A DNA stretch of 64,000 nucleotides from Phyllobates terribilis (Eukaryota), in NCBI RefSeq assembly GCF_046119375.1, contig NW_027362764.1, positions 442,308,001 to 442,372,000 of the forward strand, read 5' to 3'. The stretch's first letter is position 1. Each line of letters opens with the position of its first letter. Both the position numbers and the translations under genes were made by a program. Shown piece by piece: positions 12,428 through 25,822 of this stretch. The notes under the pieces are model-generated. The model was given only the letters and a program-made list of their open reading frames with translations. It ran no database searches and was not told where the DNA came from.

Positions 12428-13557
12428 TATATATATATATATATATGTATATATTCGCAAGTAATGATCATTTTACAGGGTAGTTTGGTTTAGAAAAACA
12501 ATTTGAGATAACTAAATTAGTTACATGCAACCAAGGGTCCATTGCCCTGGACAACAATATATCGAAAGAGGGAACTGGCAACAAATTGTTTCTCTCTCTA
12601 CCATGTATTGCTTCATGAATTGTACTTTTTTAGGATATTAACCCCTTCCCAAATTGGACCCATCGAGAAGGAGTGAAACAAATGCTGTCGGGTTTCCCTA
12701 TAATTTTAGAATGATTTTTTCAAGCAGAAAAAACTTGATAAATCCAGGCAGTACTTTTAACAGGCTAGTTTAGAAATGTAAGCTGTTAATCAAAATGTAA
12801 CAGCACTATTGTACAGTATTTAATGACTTTTATTTAAATATTTTAATGGATATTTCAACATATTTTTAGACATTATCAACAAAAGTGTTAGCACAATTTA
12901 TGTAAATACTGAACCATCCATGTAGCGCTTTCAATTTGTGACCTTTGGCGTATAACAATTAGGTGAGGCAAAGGTTAGACACAAAATGTGCTCTTCTGCA
13001 AACTAAATATACTGAAGCTTTAGTAACTGGTGTATTTGTCTCTCAACATATGTTAAACTGCCTCCAGTAAATTCCATTTTATTTGTTAAGATATTTATTA
13101 AATATTTTCAAGGATAAACTGCCAAACAAAAAATAATAAAGCTACAGATGATCCTGTTTACAGTGTTTTAAATGAAATCCATTTATGTGCAAGACAAATG
13201 ACAATAAAAGTATTTTTTTTTGTAAATTGTCCTTCATCCAAAATTATTGGAATGTTGTTTGTGCTTACATAATCGCGATTTTGACTGAACAATTGTAAAG
13301 TATAAAAGAGTGTTACCTTTAACCTTTTGGTTTTTCTAAGCAATTCATTTGTAAAGCATTTTCTGCTTTACTTTGAATTACATGAATCTAGAAATGAATT
13401 AGACCTCTATATGGCCAAAACCAATAAGGACACATGCACCAGAAAATCATTCAGTTCATTGGAATCACCCATCTCTATATTTTTTTAATTATATTAACTT
13501 AAGAGTGTTTTTAGTTGTATGTTCTCATGATTGTAAAGAATTATTCCCATGTACATA

Positions 13558-15148
13558 CAGTGGGGAAAAAAAGTATATAGCCAGTCACCAATTTTGTAAG
13601 TTCTTCCACTTAAAAAGATGAAAGAGGCCTGTAATTGACATCATAGGTAGACCTCAACTATGAGATACAAAATGAGAAAACAAATTAAAAAAAATCACAT
13701 TGTCTGATTTGGAAAGATTTTTTTTTTCAAATTTTGGTGGAAAATAAGTATTAGGTTAATTACAAAAGTTCACCTCAATACTTTGTTGGCAATAACAGAG
13801 GTCAAACGTTTTCTGTAAGTCTTCTCAAGTTTGGCACACACTGTTGCTGGTATGTTGGCTCATTCCTGTTTGCAGATCTCCTCTAGAGCAGTGATATTTT
13901 GGGGCTGTCGCTGGGCAACACAGACTTTCAACTCCCTCCAAAGGTTTTCTATAGGGTTTAGATCTGGAGACTGGCTTGGCCACTCCAGAACCTTGAAATG
14001 ATTCTTACGAAGAAACTCTTTTGGTGCCCTAATGGTGTGCTTGGAATCATTGTCATACTGAAAGACCCAGCCATGTTTCATCTTCAAATGCCCTTGCTGA
14101 TGGAAAGAGGGTTGCACTCAAAATCTCACGATACATGGCCCCATTCATTCTTTCATGTACACGGATCAGTCATCCTGGTCCCTTGGCAGAGAAACAGCCC
14201 CAAAGCATGATGTTGCCACAACCATGCTTCAAAGTAAGTATGGTGTTCTTTGTTGCAGCTCAGCATTCTTTCTCCTCCAAACATGCCGAGTTGTGTTTCT
14301 ACCAAACAGTTCTACTTTGGTTTCATCTGACCATATGATATTCTCCCAGTACTCTACTGGATCATCCAAATGCTCTCTAGTAAACTTCAGAGGGGCCCGG
14401 ACATGTAATGGCTTAAGCAGGGGGACATATCTGGCACTGCAGAATCTGAGTCCCTGGCGGCGTAGTGTTTTACTGATGGTAGCCTGTGTAACGTTGGTCC
14501 CAGCTCTCTGCAGGTCATTCACTAGGTCCCCCCATGTGGTTCTGGGATTTTTGCTCACCGTTCTTGAAATCATTTTGACCCCACGGGGTGAGATCTTGTG
14601 TTGAGCCCCAGATCGAGGGAGATTATCAGTGGTCTTGTATGTCTTCCATTTTCTAGTTATTGCTCCCACAGTTGATTTCTTCACACCAAGCTGCTTGCCT
14701 ATTGCAGATTCAGTCTTCCCAGCCTGGTGCAGGGCAACAATTTTGTTTCTGGTGTCCTTCAACAGCTCTTTGGTCTTCACCATAGTGGAGTTTGGAGTGT
14801 GACTGTTTGAGGTTGCGGACAGGTGTCTTTTATACTGCTAACAAGTTCAAACAGGGGCCAGTACTACAGGTAATGAGTGGAGGACAGAGGAGCCTCTTGA
14901 AGAAGAAGTTACATATCTGTGAGATCCAGAAATCTTGCTTGTTTATAATTGACCAAATACTTATTTTCCACAAAAATTTGAAAAAAATTTCTTTCCAAAT
15001 CAGACAATGTGATTTTCAGGATTTGTTTTCTCATTTTGTCCCTCAAAGTTGAGGTCTACCTATGACGTCAATTACAGGCTTCTCTCATGTTTTTTAGTGG
15101 GAGAACTTGCACAATTGGTCCCTGATTTAATACTTTTTTTCCACACTG
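13558..15148 (-). mobile_element. Tc1 DD34E element, frameshifted
   Basis: TA-CAGTG...CACTG-TA ends with long TIRs. [16 protein letters not shown]... paired-like HTH, WSDETK, QYDND...SPDLNPIE with 34 spacing. Confidence 0.93.
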
Positions 15149-16438
15149 TACATGTAGATAGTTGGAAAGTGCTCACAAAAACAAGCAATTTTCCAATTTA
15201 CCACTTGTTACATTTTGCAACCATTCTTAAGATAATACAATTTTTTTTTCATTTGTTTACATCTCGTTGCCAAGGTTACTGACCACCGCTTCTGTCTTGT
15301 TTGTAAGCACTGTGCTTATGATGACCAGGATTAAGAGTTAATACTGCGATTCAACAATCCTGACCACCTTCAAAACAGTCCTTACAAGCTCAATAGAAAA
15401 GAGATTAGAAGCATTGCTATTGTTCTGCTGTCTAGTAGCAGTAGTCGGTTTGTAAAGCAATGAGTTGAATACAAAAGTAAAAAAATTGTTACTATCTCAA
15501 AACAAGTGAAAAATTTTATAAGCAGTAAATTGAAAAATTGCTCATATTTACAAGCTTAAAAGCTCTGTCTGACAATACCCTTCTTTGAAGATGGGAGTAG
15601 CTACTTAATTTTACATTCTTTTTCTACAATTTTTAATTGTAAGAGATCTAGAACAAGATTTTAAGCTTGTTATATATATATATATGGATCAGTGCTATTG
15701 TACAGGTGTGCGTGATGGATTAATATGAAAGCTGAGCAATGGTTGTAAATTACATACAGGTGTGGAAACTATGGGAGCTTAATTAATTTAAGTTTTTACA
15801 TTTAGACAAGGCAGGAGAGGCAATAAAATTATATCCAATTGTTTTGTGATACCAATGTCTGCTGCTCATTGTCTCAGATTTGTAATTCAAAGCACTCATA
15901 TGACCAACAAGACCCTGCAGGAGAATTTTGGCTGTCATGGAAGTAGTGGTGCACTCATTAATTAACATGATCTATATGTAAAACACATAAAAAGAATTGT
16001 GATTTTTTTTCAATGATATTAAATAACACCTAGATAAATTAGAAACTATACTAAGATTAAACACTAAACTCTTTGGGATAAAAAAGGAAAATCAGATTTT
16101 ATTATATTAAGAGATTGTGTGGAAGATTTACAAAATTACAGAAGAAATATTGTACAGATACATAGAAGTAAGAACTATTTCTAAAAATTGCCCTGAAAGA
16201 CAAAATTAAAAAAGACTGAAAGCAAATGACTGTGAAAATGCTTCAAAATATGCTAAAAAAATAACTACTTTTCCTGTCTTTCATCTACTTTAAGAAACAA
16301 AAGAATGAAGTTTTTGAAATGACCTTGATCGTGTAAAGGCATGCACATATCATATAAAATATATTGGTTGATCTAAAATGATTAAAGAATGATACATTTA
16401 TGGTTTGATAAATTCCACAAGTAAAAAATAATGATGTG

Positions 16439-16726
16439 TAGGGATGAGCAGATCCATGGAAGTTCGGTTTCCGGTACCCGACCTGACCTTTATTACAAAG
16501 TTTTGTTCGGATACCAGGATTGGACCCGAACTTTAACCAGAACCCAAACCCCATTGAAAACAATGAGGACCCCAGACTTTTGAGCTCTCTCGCTCTGCGA
16601 TGGACTTCATCCGGAACTCTGAACATTGCAGCAGAGTTGGATGGAAAGTCCGTGTTCAACATTTAGCATCGGACACTTACTGTCTGGTGCGAATGCCGAA
16701 CTTTGAAGTCCGGGTTCGCTCTTCTA
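16439..16726. mobile_element. Degenerate hAT MITE
   Basis: TAGGGATGAGC left end, GTTCGCTCTTCTA right end, GTTCG/CGAAC motifs. No clean TSD. Confidence 0.6.
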
Positions 16727-16951
16727 TTATGATGGGCCATTAGTGTCTAAATTGTATAATAGTGCAAATCACTGGTAATCAATTTCCCCCCACAATACTT
16801 CACATTTCTTTTAAGCATTTAATCTAAAATTACGTATTGCCACATGCTTTTTTTGCAGACATAGAGCATGTCCTTTTCAGAAACCATGCCTTATCCCCTT
16901 TATTTAAATACCACATTCATTTAGATATCCCTCCCTTTCTTAAAACATTAA

Positions 16952-18445
16952 CCCCTGCGCAACCTTGAGTTTTTCCATTTTTGCCTTTTTGTTTTTTGCT
17001 CCCCTTCTTCCCAGAGCCATAACTTTTTTTTTCTGTCAATATAGCCATGTGTGGGCTTGTTTTTTTCTGGACGAGTTGTACTTTTGAACAACACCATTGG
17101 TTTTACCATATTGTGTACTGAAAACTGGGAAAAAAATCAAAGTGAGGTGAAATTGCTTAAAAAGTGCAATTCCACAATTGTTTTTTTTTTAGTATGTTCA
17201 CTAAATGCGAAAACTGACCAGCCATTATGATTCCCCAGGTCATTGTGAGTTTGTAGATACCAAACATGTATAGGTTATTTTTTATTTAATATATGCAAAC
17301 CCTAAGCTTATATCTAATTCATCATTGTATAGAGAAGCACTACTAACATGCTAATACCAACAAAATTAGGGTGCCATAAAATCTCTTAAAAGGTATAACT
17401 TTATTTAAATATGTAATTGAATCCAAAAACATTCATGAAAAGACTGCATAACAACCATAGACCACTAAAAACACTATATAAAAAGTAGTAATAAAGAAGG
17501 TGTATAGGTGTACAATATCCCAAACATATCAATAAGGTCTATCCCTGGACTACCAAAGAGGAAAAATTCCTGGACAAGTAAAAAGGTGGCACTTACGTCA
17601 GGTGATGCTATGGGCAGGATTTGTGTGATGTGGCCACATTAGCCCCTATGCATGTCTCACTCATGCTTCATCAGGGGGCGTATCTTCTTAGCTTTTTTAT
17701 TTAAGTAATGAAAAAAATTCCAAAGTTTGCAAAAAAAAAAAGAAATAGCGCCATTTTCTGAGAGCTGTAGTGTCCCCATTTTTGGGGATCTGGGGCTGGG
17801 TGAGGGATTATTTTTTGCACGCCGAGCTGACATTTTTACTGATATCATTTTGGGGTAGATACAATGTTTTCATCGCCTGTTTTTGCATTTTATTGTAATG
17901 TTGTGGAAACCAAAATACGTACTTCTGCCATTCAGATTTTTTTCTTGTTACACCATTTACTGATCCGATTAATTATTTTTATATATTGATAGAGTGGGCG
18001 ATTTTGAATGCGGCGATACCAAATATGCATATAATTGATTTTTTTTTATTACTGTTTTATTTTCAAAGGGGCGAAAGGGGGTTAATTTGAACTTTTATAT
18101 TTTTAACAATTTTAAAATATTTTTAAAAACATTTTTTTTTAACTTTACACTTGCTTCAGTATTCTCCATGGGAGACTAGAAGCAACGATCCTCAGATTGC
18201 CTGAGCTGAAACCCTGCTGTGTGTAGCAAAAGTGCTCTCTTGCTATGAGTGCCAAACGCTGGGCGCATTTAACTAGTTAACAGCCTCGGGTGGATCACGA
18301 TTCCACCCGCAGCTGTTAGGAGCACATATCAGCTGTACATATAAGCTGTCATGTGCCCCATAACATGTGGGTTCAGCGCTGGAGCCCGCATGGAGTTCAG
18401 GGATACCACCTTGGACGTACTTATACATCCAAAGTGGTAAAGGGG
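16952..18445. mobile_element. TTAA-targeting (piggyBac-like) non-autonomous element
   Basis: TTAA-CCCCT...AGGGG-TTAA termini and no long ORF. Appears to contain an unrelated insertion at ~17290-17680. Confidence 0.7.
17643..17678 (-). ncRNA. Degenerate minimal type I hammerhead ribozyme (Penelope-like relic)
   Basis: Minus strand CCCC-CTGATGA-AGCATGAGT-GAGA-CATGCATA-GGGG: stem I CCCC/GGGG, core CUGAUGA, GAAA mutated to GAGA. Confidence 0.5.
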
Positions 18446-19364
18446 TTAAAGCAACAGTAACCAAAATTAAAGGCTCATTACCCTGTCATCTGCACACCAT
18501 GCATATTAGTGAAAATTCTGATTACAGATAATGCAGTTGATAGAGATGAATGGATCTGTCAAACTTCAAAGGGGGCAAATCACTTGGAGTTCCTTGGGAA
18601 ATATGATTCACAGTAAAATTATTCTCCACAAATTGAATACTCCTTATTATGTTCTGGAGTTTGAATAGACCTTAAAACATAATAATTGTAAGATATGAAA
18701 GGAAAAATCTTATACTCACCTTACCACATACCTGTTTGGCCCTCCATTGCTTGCTGCTTGCCATCTGGTGTCAGAGTTCTCTCTTATTTTCCACTTTGTA
18801 TACCAAATCTACATGCCTGTTCAGTCTAGGTTGGCACTTTCGGCCAGAATCAGGCCTTGAAGTTTACTGCACATATCACTTCGTCACATCCCAGATATGT
18901 GACGCGTAGTGACCTTTGAAGTCTGGTTACTGCCAAGACTTAAGCCTCAATCGAGAGAGAACAAGTTAGAGCTATGACAGCAGAAAGAATATACCCTGAA
19001 GACTGGAGAAATGGATAGCCAAGAGCAAGCAGGGCTGCCCACCATCCAATCCTCTTCTTTCCGTTGTTGCATCTTTGACCTGTTCATTCTGGGCCATGAC
19101 AAGGCATCATAGATCACTGAGCATTGCAAGTACATGATGTCAAAATGTGTGGTGTGCAATAAGCTCTGAGGCCTGGTCGCAAACAGAAGTCCTGAACTAG
19201 GGTGAACAGGCAGGTAGATGTAGGTTGTGATGGGGGAAAGAAGAAAGCATCAGAGTGGTTGGACATGAGAGCGATGAGGAGACTCTTTTATTTTTTACTT
19301 TTTCCAATTGTCTATGATTAAAAAAATCAATGACATTTAAAAGGAGGGTATTTTCAAAAATTTA

Positions 19365-20690
19365 CCGTATTTTTTGAACTATAAGATGCACTTTACCATA
19401 AGACGCACCTAGGTTTTAGGGGAGGAAAATAGAAAAAAAAATGTAAGCAAAAAAAATGATCATGATGCACATGTTAACGGGGAGGGGGTCTGATTCTTCC
19501 ACTGTTATAGGGTTAATGTCCCCCAATTCAGTTAATATCCCCCATCCTGGTATATATGGTTCCCCTCTTCCTATTATACGTGCCCCCCATCCCCATCCTT
19601 GTATGCATGGCACCTCTGATCCCCATCCTGTTATGCATGACACCCCTGATCTCCATCCTGGAATGCATCGTACCCCTCCATCAAGGTATGCATGTCACCC
19701 CTGATCTCCATCCTGGTATGCAAGGCACCCCTCATCCTGGTATGCATGGCACCCCTGATCTCCATCCTAGTTTGCATGGCACCCCTCACCCTAGTATGCA
19801 TGGCACCCCTCCATCCTGGTATGCATGGCACTCCTGATCCCCATCCTGGTATGCATGGCACCCCTGATCTCCATGTAGGTAAGCAAGGCACCCCTTATCC
19901 TTATCTTGTTCTGCATGGCACCCCTTATCCTTATACTGGTATGAATGGCCCCCTTCATCCCTATCCTGGTATGCATGGCACCCCTCGATCCTGGTATGCA
20001 TGGCACCCCTGATCCTCATCCTGGTATGCATGGTTCCCCTGATCTCCATCCTAGTTTGAATGGCACCCCTCACCCTAGAATGCATGGCACCCCTCCATCC
20101 TGGTATGCATGGTACTCCATATCCCCATCCTGGTATGCATGGCACCCCTGATCTCCATCTTGGTAAGCAAGGCACCCCTTATCCTTATCCTGTTCTGCAT
20201 GGCACCCCTTATCCTTATACTGGTATGCATGGCCCCCTTCATCCCTATCCTGGTATGCAAGGCATCCCTCTTCCTGGTATGCATGACCCCCCTCATTCCT
20301 CTTCCTGGTATGCATGGCCCCCTCATCCCTCTTCATGGTATGCATGGTACCCCCATCCTGGAATGCATGGCCCCCCTAATCCCCATCACGCTGCACGCAA
20401 AAAAATAAACACTTCTACTCACTTTTCTTCCCTGTGCTCCAGCGCTGCATCCTGCTATGCTGCCAGGATTAATCTCACCTTGTGAGCCACGCATGACTTC
20501 ACTGTCATGCACCATCACAAAGTGAGATGCTCTGCTGTAATAGTCACTGCTCCCCACGCCAGTACTGTGTGCATGGGGAGCAGTGACTTCAATCTCCTTA
20601 ATAGCTGACACAAATAACTGCCGGGCGATCGCATGTGCCCTCTATTAAAGAACATGAATATTCATCCCTCTCCACTCCCATTCTTGTCAC
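19365..20690. mobile_element. pogo/Tigger-like non-autonomous element (one end seen) carrying a VNTR
   Basis: TA-CCGTATTTTTTGAACTATAAGATGCAC...ATAAGACGCAC left end. No matching right TIR found, so the right boundary is approximate. Confidence 0.55.
19590..20385. repeat. ~23-31-bp minisatellite (CCTGGTATGCATGGCACCCCTGATCCCCAT) with a ~284-bp higher-order duplication
   Basis: Tandem ATGCATGG-containing units. The diagnostic variant CTAGTTTG occurs at 19767 and 20051. Confidence 0.93.
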
Positions 20691-20697
20691 ATGACTT

Positions 20698-21188
20698 TGC
20701 AAATTCAGTTTCTGGTTCTGGCTTTTATGATAAGTAATGTGACAAGGCTCATTAAATGGTCAATATGGACTTTTAGGATTGCTACTTCCTATAGGTGGCA
20801 CTAGAGTTATGGTTCTCTTCCTCTCTGAAGAGACAATTTGCATATTTCCCAGAGGAGCATTGCGGCTTAAAAGTCTCCCCACCTTGACATGCTTAACATG
20901 TCACTCTCCACAAGAAGAAATGTTACCCCTTGAATCCCGATCTGACGCCTCTCACCCAGCCAAACCAGAACTCACACTTTGATTTGACGAGGGGCAGTAC
21001 TCTGAAACACAGTGTCTGCAAATTGAGTTTCTGGTTCTGGCTTTTATGCTGACACTGTGTTTCGGGGTACTGCCCCTCTTCAGTGCAAAGTGTGAGTCCT
21101 GGTTTGGCTGGGTAAGAGGTGTCAGACTGGTTCCTATAGGTGGCACAAGAGTTCTAGTTCTCTTCCTCTCTGAAGAGACAATTTGTAG
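20698..21188. mobile_element. Retrozyme/Penelope pseudo-LTR-like unit with two inverted hammerhead motifs
   Basis: Hammerhead motifs at 20978-21022 (+) and 21045-21089 (-). A 319-nt monomer runs from TGCAAATT at 20698 to the cleavage triplet GTC at 21016. Block 20780-20845 is repeated at 21133-21188. Confidence 0.7.
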
Positions 21189-21534
21189 TTCTATGTAACA
21201 CCACATGTGTCACAGTGGTAATTATCTGGGCCCAGATAACGTAGAAGATGTTACCTGCAGTCCAATGGAGCACCACGATAGCACAGTGATAACTCCATAA
21301 ATACTGGTAATGTAGTATATGTTGATTTCAGTTCTATGTAGCACCACACATAACCCAGTGATAACTTTTTATAGACAAATGATGTAGTCAATTGTACTCT
21401 GTATAGCATGTGCTTCACTTTCTTCAACCTTTTCGTCTTCTTGTGCAGCTATCATATTCCTCAGTTATAGAGCTTAGTAAACAGGTCAGTTGGTACAGTC
21501 TAATTTGTGCTCCAGTCCTGCCCCATAATCTTAA

Positions 21535-21943
21535 AGAAGCACTCCCATCAAAATTGTTATCCACTTAATATATTGCAATCATCAAATAATATACCAATGT
21601 GTACTGAAAATTGCTCATTTGGCCTTTCTACTCTGGTAATTCTTCTGCAGCATCAATCCTTCTAAGCTCTATGTAGAAATAGGAGGTCAATTTTCTCTAT
21701 ATGAGTCATAAATTCTTTGCAAAAAAACAACTGTCAGGAGGAGGAGTGGAGCCGCTGAGTCAGGGGTTGAAGAGGGGAATGATAAATGCAGGGAAAAGAG
21801 ACTTACTGTTACTACATAGAGCAGAGAAAAGATAAGAATTAGCTGGGTAGAAGGGCAAAATGAGCAATTGTAAGCCCACAGTGCTATATAATATGATGAT
21901 TGCAAAATATTAAGAAGATAAAAATGTTGATGGGAGTGCTTCT
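21535..21943. mobile_element. TTAA-flanked Kolobok/T2-type MITE
   Basis: Perfect 17-bp TIR AGAAGCACTCCCATCAA with TTAA on both sides. Confidence 0.85.
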
Positions 21944-22099
21944 TTAAGTCGGTGCATTATCAACGTACAATAAGACTTCAGCCACACACATTCAGCTGTG
22001 CTGCATTCAGCAGGTTATCACTGCACAGGGAGAGAGACTTCAGGTGGACTGTACCAGAGATGAATTGTCCATTTTTATGATTGAGGGTCCCTGAACATG

Positions 22100-22510
22100 A
22101 TGAAAATAAGATTACAATGAGAAGGGATCAACTTAAGAAGGTGATGTAGAGCTCAGGATCAGAAGCATACTCCATCATCTGTAAAACATGGTGGAGGCAG
22201 TGCTTTGGCATGGATAAATTGTCATACAGTGCAACCAAGTTACAAGTATTTTGTATGAAGAGACTGCAGATTGAAGTGGTGTGATAACTTTGTAAGTACA
22301 TACTAAGAACTATGTATTCTGCTTCACAAAACTCCAATTCTGAAATAGCTGACACAGTCATTAACTGCTTTTAACTTGCTGAAAACAAAAATAATGACAA
22401 AAAGAGCTACAAACAAGCAACAATTGAAGAGCTGGCTTGGCAAAACACCTGTCAAAGCATATCAAGAGAGAAAACTGAGTGTTTGGTGAAATTTATGAAC
22501 TCATAACTTC
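22100..22510 (+). pseudogene. Old Tc1 transposase fragment
   Basis: Degenerate KHT..SVKHGGGS..W-like motif near 22170-22210. No TIRs found. Confidence 0.5.
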
Positions 22511-23018
22511 ATGCTTATATTTATCATTATTTTAACCACTGAAGGACAAAGGAATTTTTCATTTTTGTGCTATTGCTTTCTCTTACCCTTGTTTATTTTT
22601 CTGTCCACACAGCGCAAAGTGCAGTGAAATTGTGAAAAAAAAAATCAATTCTGCCATTGTTTTGGGGTTTTGTTTCTACGGAGTTCATTGTGTAGTGAAA
22701 ATTACCTTGAAACATGATTCACTAGGTCAGTACAATCACATAATTACCAACCTTGTCCTTTTACTTTTGTAGTTGTAAGTAATTTCAATGCCTTAGTCAG
22801 AGATTGACAGCAACATTTCAAAAGGTTATATTGCAGCAATCAGAGATACCAGCTATCTAGCACAGCAGGCAGCTGTCTGGCATGAAACAGGCTTAGTTCC
22901 TGAGCTGGATTCATACTTTCCTTAGCAAACTGTGACAAAAATATATTTCACAGGTCATTAATCAGTTAATTTTTTTTTTAAATGTAATCTTGTAAAAATG
23001 CAGGTGCTGCAGAGGAAT

Positions 23019-24085
23019 TTGGAGAAAGGGGAGATTATGAGCTCACCACGCCATGCTGTCTAATGCTAAAGTTGAAATCTGTGCGTCGTGGGTCCTCTTA
23101 ACAAGAAAATAGTTTGAAAAAATATAAATGGAAATATTTTTCAAACGTAAACCTTGAAGGATCATCTTTTTTTCTAGATATTTTTTAAAGTATTGTGATG
23201 CCACCAGGTACGTAACTCTTGAGATTTTTTCAAGTTGGTGCTTTAACATTTTAAGTTCTGGAGAAGTTGAATGCTGATGATTTTCTTGTTAAGTGGAATG
23301 AAATATTTTCTCAATGCTCACTTGATTTAATGACTTTAATTATAAGGTTTTTAGATATTTTTGGACTCCATGTTTTTAATGAATCTTTAATAAAGGATGA
23401 AATATTTTTTTATATATCGTTGGACAGATGTGCTGTTTACTTTCCTTTCTTCGAATCTTTGGCTGAACTTCACCAGCAGAACCGACACCCAATACACAGA
23501 TTTAAATTTTTAGCATTAGACAGCATGGCGTAGTGAGCTCATAATCCCCCCTCTCTCCAAGTAGCGTTATATGGAGCTCCGCTGTGAAAACTCATTATTG
23601 TTATATGGTTGAATCTGAAAATATCTACTCTATTGTTTTTCACTAGTGTTGATCTACTGGTTAGCTTGTTACCTTGGACTTTTTTGAACTGATATCATGG
23701 ATTCACAGCTTCCTAAACTAGCATAGGTGTTTAATGAGTGTACTGACTCAAACTCAACCTCTCCTGAACTTAAAGAGTTAATGCGCCAACTTAAAAAAAT
23801 CTCCTCATGGCGCTATGCACCTCGTGGAATCACAATACTTTACAAAAATATCTAGAAAAAAAGATGATCCCTTAAGGTTTACGTTTGAAAAAAATTCCCA
23901 TCTATATTTTCTCTAACAATTTACTTGTTAAGTGGAATGCAATATTATCTCAATGATCACTTGATTTAATCACTTTATTTATAAGGTTTTTATATATTTT
24001 TGGACTCTATGTTTTTAATGCATCTTTAATAAAGCATGAAATAATTTTTCATATCTCGTTGGGTGGATGTGCTGCTTAATTTTCT
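23019..24085. mobile_element. Penelope-like ORF N-terminal relics, duplicated and partly inverted
   Basis: 23824-23990 reads WNHNTLQKYLEKKMIP*GLRLKK...VKWNAILSQ*SLDLI. A second copy at ~23100-23450 has its first half inverted and is bounded by ~65-bp inverted repeats. The family call is from recalled motif resemblance only. Confidence 0.55.
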
Positions 24086-24596
24086 CGCTGCTGAAGTATT
24101 GTTGTAATTCCTAAACAGTTAATGCAGTGTTTTTGAAAAAAAATGAAAGCTACACATAGACACATCTTGGTGTCTTTATTACTAAACCTATCAAAAATGC
24201 TGTTATAAAATTGTGCTACTGTGTAATCACTTCTAAAACAAATTAAATACTGTACATACACATAAGCAGTTACGTAGGACAGGAGTGCAATTTTTACAAT
24301 TTAGCCTTTTTCAATTGGGTTTAAAACAATAGGCATCAAGATGCGATTGAAGTGTTGATTTTTAGCTTTAGATACACACTCTTAAACATTTTTTCCTTGG
24401 TGTTGCAAAATCAAAGTAATGGGATTATGGAAATCATGGGATCAAAAGACATGCTAATGATATGTAAGAGAGAAAATGAAAACAACATTTTCAACATTTT
24501 TTTTTTCATTATTTGCATACCATTAACATGTTTTTCAATTCTGTGATTTCCGTAATTCTACAACTTTCCCTTCCTGGTTTTGTAATCTCCATGTTC

Positions 24597-24597
<1 letters not shown>

Positions 24598-24642
<45 letters not shown>
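24598..24642. repeat. (TA)n microsatellite
   Basis: Pure TA run. Similar runs at ~12428, ~24870, ~37088 and ~38752. Confidence 0.95.
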
Positions 24643-24644
<2 letters not shown>

Positions 24645-24864
24645 TGTGGTACTAAACAATAACTAGTGTAATACACATTTTCTTTTGTTTATTGAAATAT
24701 TATCCCTAAATATAGCCGTTCTACACATTCATATATTTGAAGATTACAGTCATTCGTCAATGTGTCATATTTCTATTCAACTACACCACACCAGACATAT
24801 AATTTAAAATTTAATACAAGAGTGGATTATCCTTAAAGAAAAAAAATAAATAAGAAAAAATTAT

Positions 24865-24907
<43 letters not shown>

Positions 24908-25822
24908 ACATGGACATAAGTATTGGAACAACCAGACATTACGCCTTTATGACATTGCATTCTAAATTTATAGGCATTAATATAGAGTTAGTCAATGTTC
25001 CAGCTAGAACAGGTATTAATCTACTCGGAAGGCTTCCTACAAGATTTCAGAATGTGTCTGTGGGACCTTTTGCCCATTTCTCCAGAAAAAAAATTGTGAG
25101 TTTGTACACTGATTTTTTTTTAAACAATAAGTTTTATTGGTTTTTAACATATGTAAATGCACAATAAACTGTACACACTAGATTTACAAAATCTTAGTTT
25201 CCATTTCTTGTCTCTCGTGTTGCAGATTGTGTAGTCAAATTACAGAGTAAATAACAAATAAACTTCCAACTACACTCCCTCTTCTCAGACATACAGGAGA
25301 AACCTTTACACTTCTTGATTGCACTTCTATCCTTCCTTTTCTTTTGCCTACTTTACCCCTTATCTGTTATCGAATATTTAGTTGACGTATATAGATTATA
25401 TAGATTGTATTAATTCTTAACCTGTGTCCCTCCCCTCTTTTCCATCTACATTTTGATTCGTTGCTTTCACCTTTCTTACTGTTCCACCCATGCTCTCCAG
25501 TAAGTACCAACTGGTGTGTTCAAAGAGTTTCATATTTCCATTAAGCTCTTCATTTGTATAGTGTTTGAGTAAAAAGCTTTTCCATTTTGTCATGAGCGAT
25601 TTTATACTCTTTTCTTTGCTGCATTCTGCTTCCATCCATTCCAAATGAAACATAGCTTTCACTTGACCTATTATAGCTTTCCAATTTGGAATGGATGTAT
25701 TTAACGAATGCTTTTATAGGCTTCTTTTGGCTATCAGACGTACTCAGTGGAACATTGGAGTTTGTGTTCCCTTCCCTTTCTGTTGCATGTCTCCAACTCC
25801 CTTCCAATAATGGAAAAGGAAC

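Noticed and set aside
13158-13343. Short minus-strand ORF and splice-like motifs
   Set aside because: No homology is recognised, and the motifs are expected by chance in AT-rich DNA.
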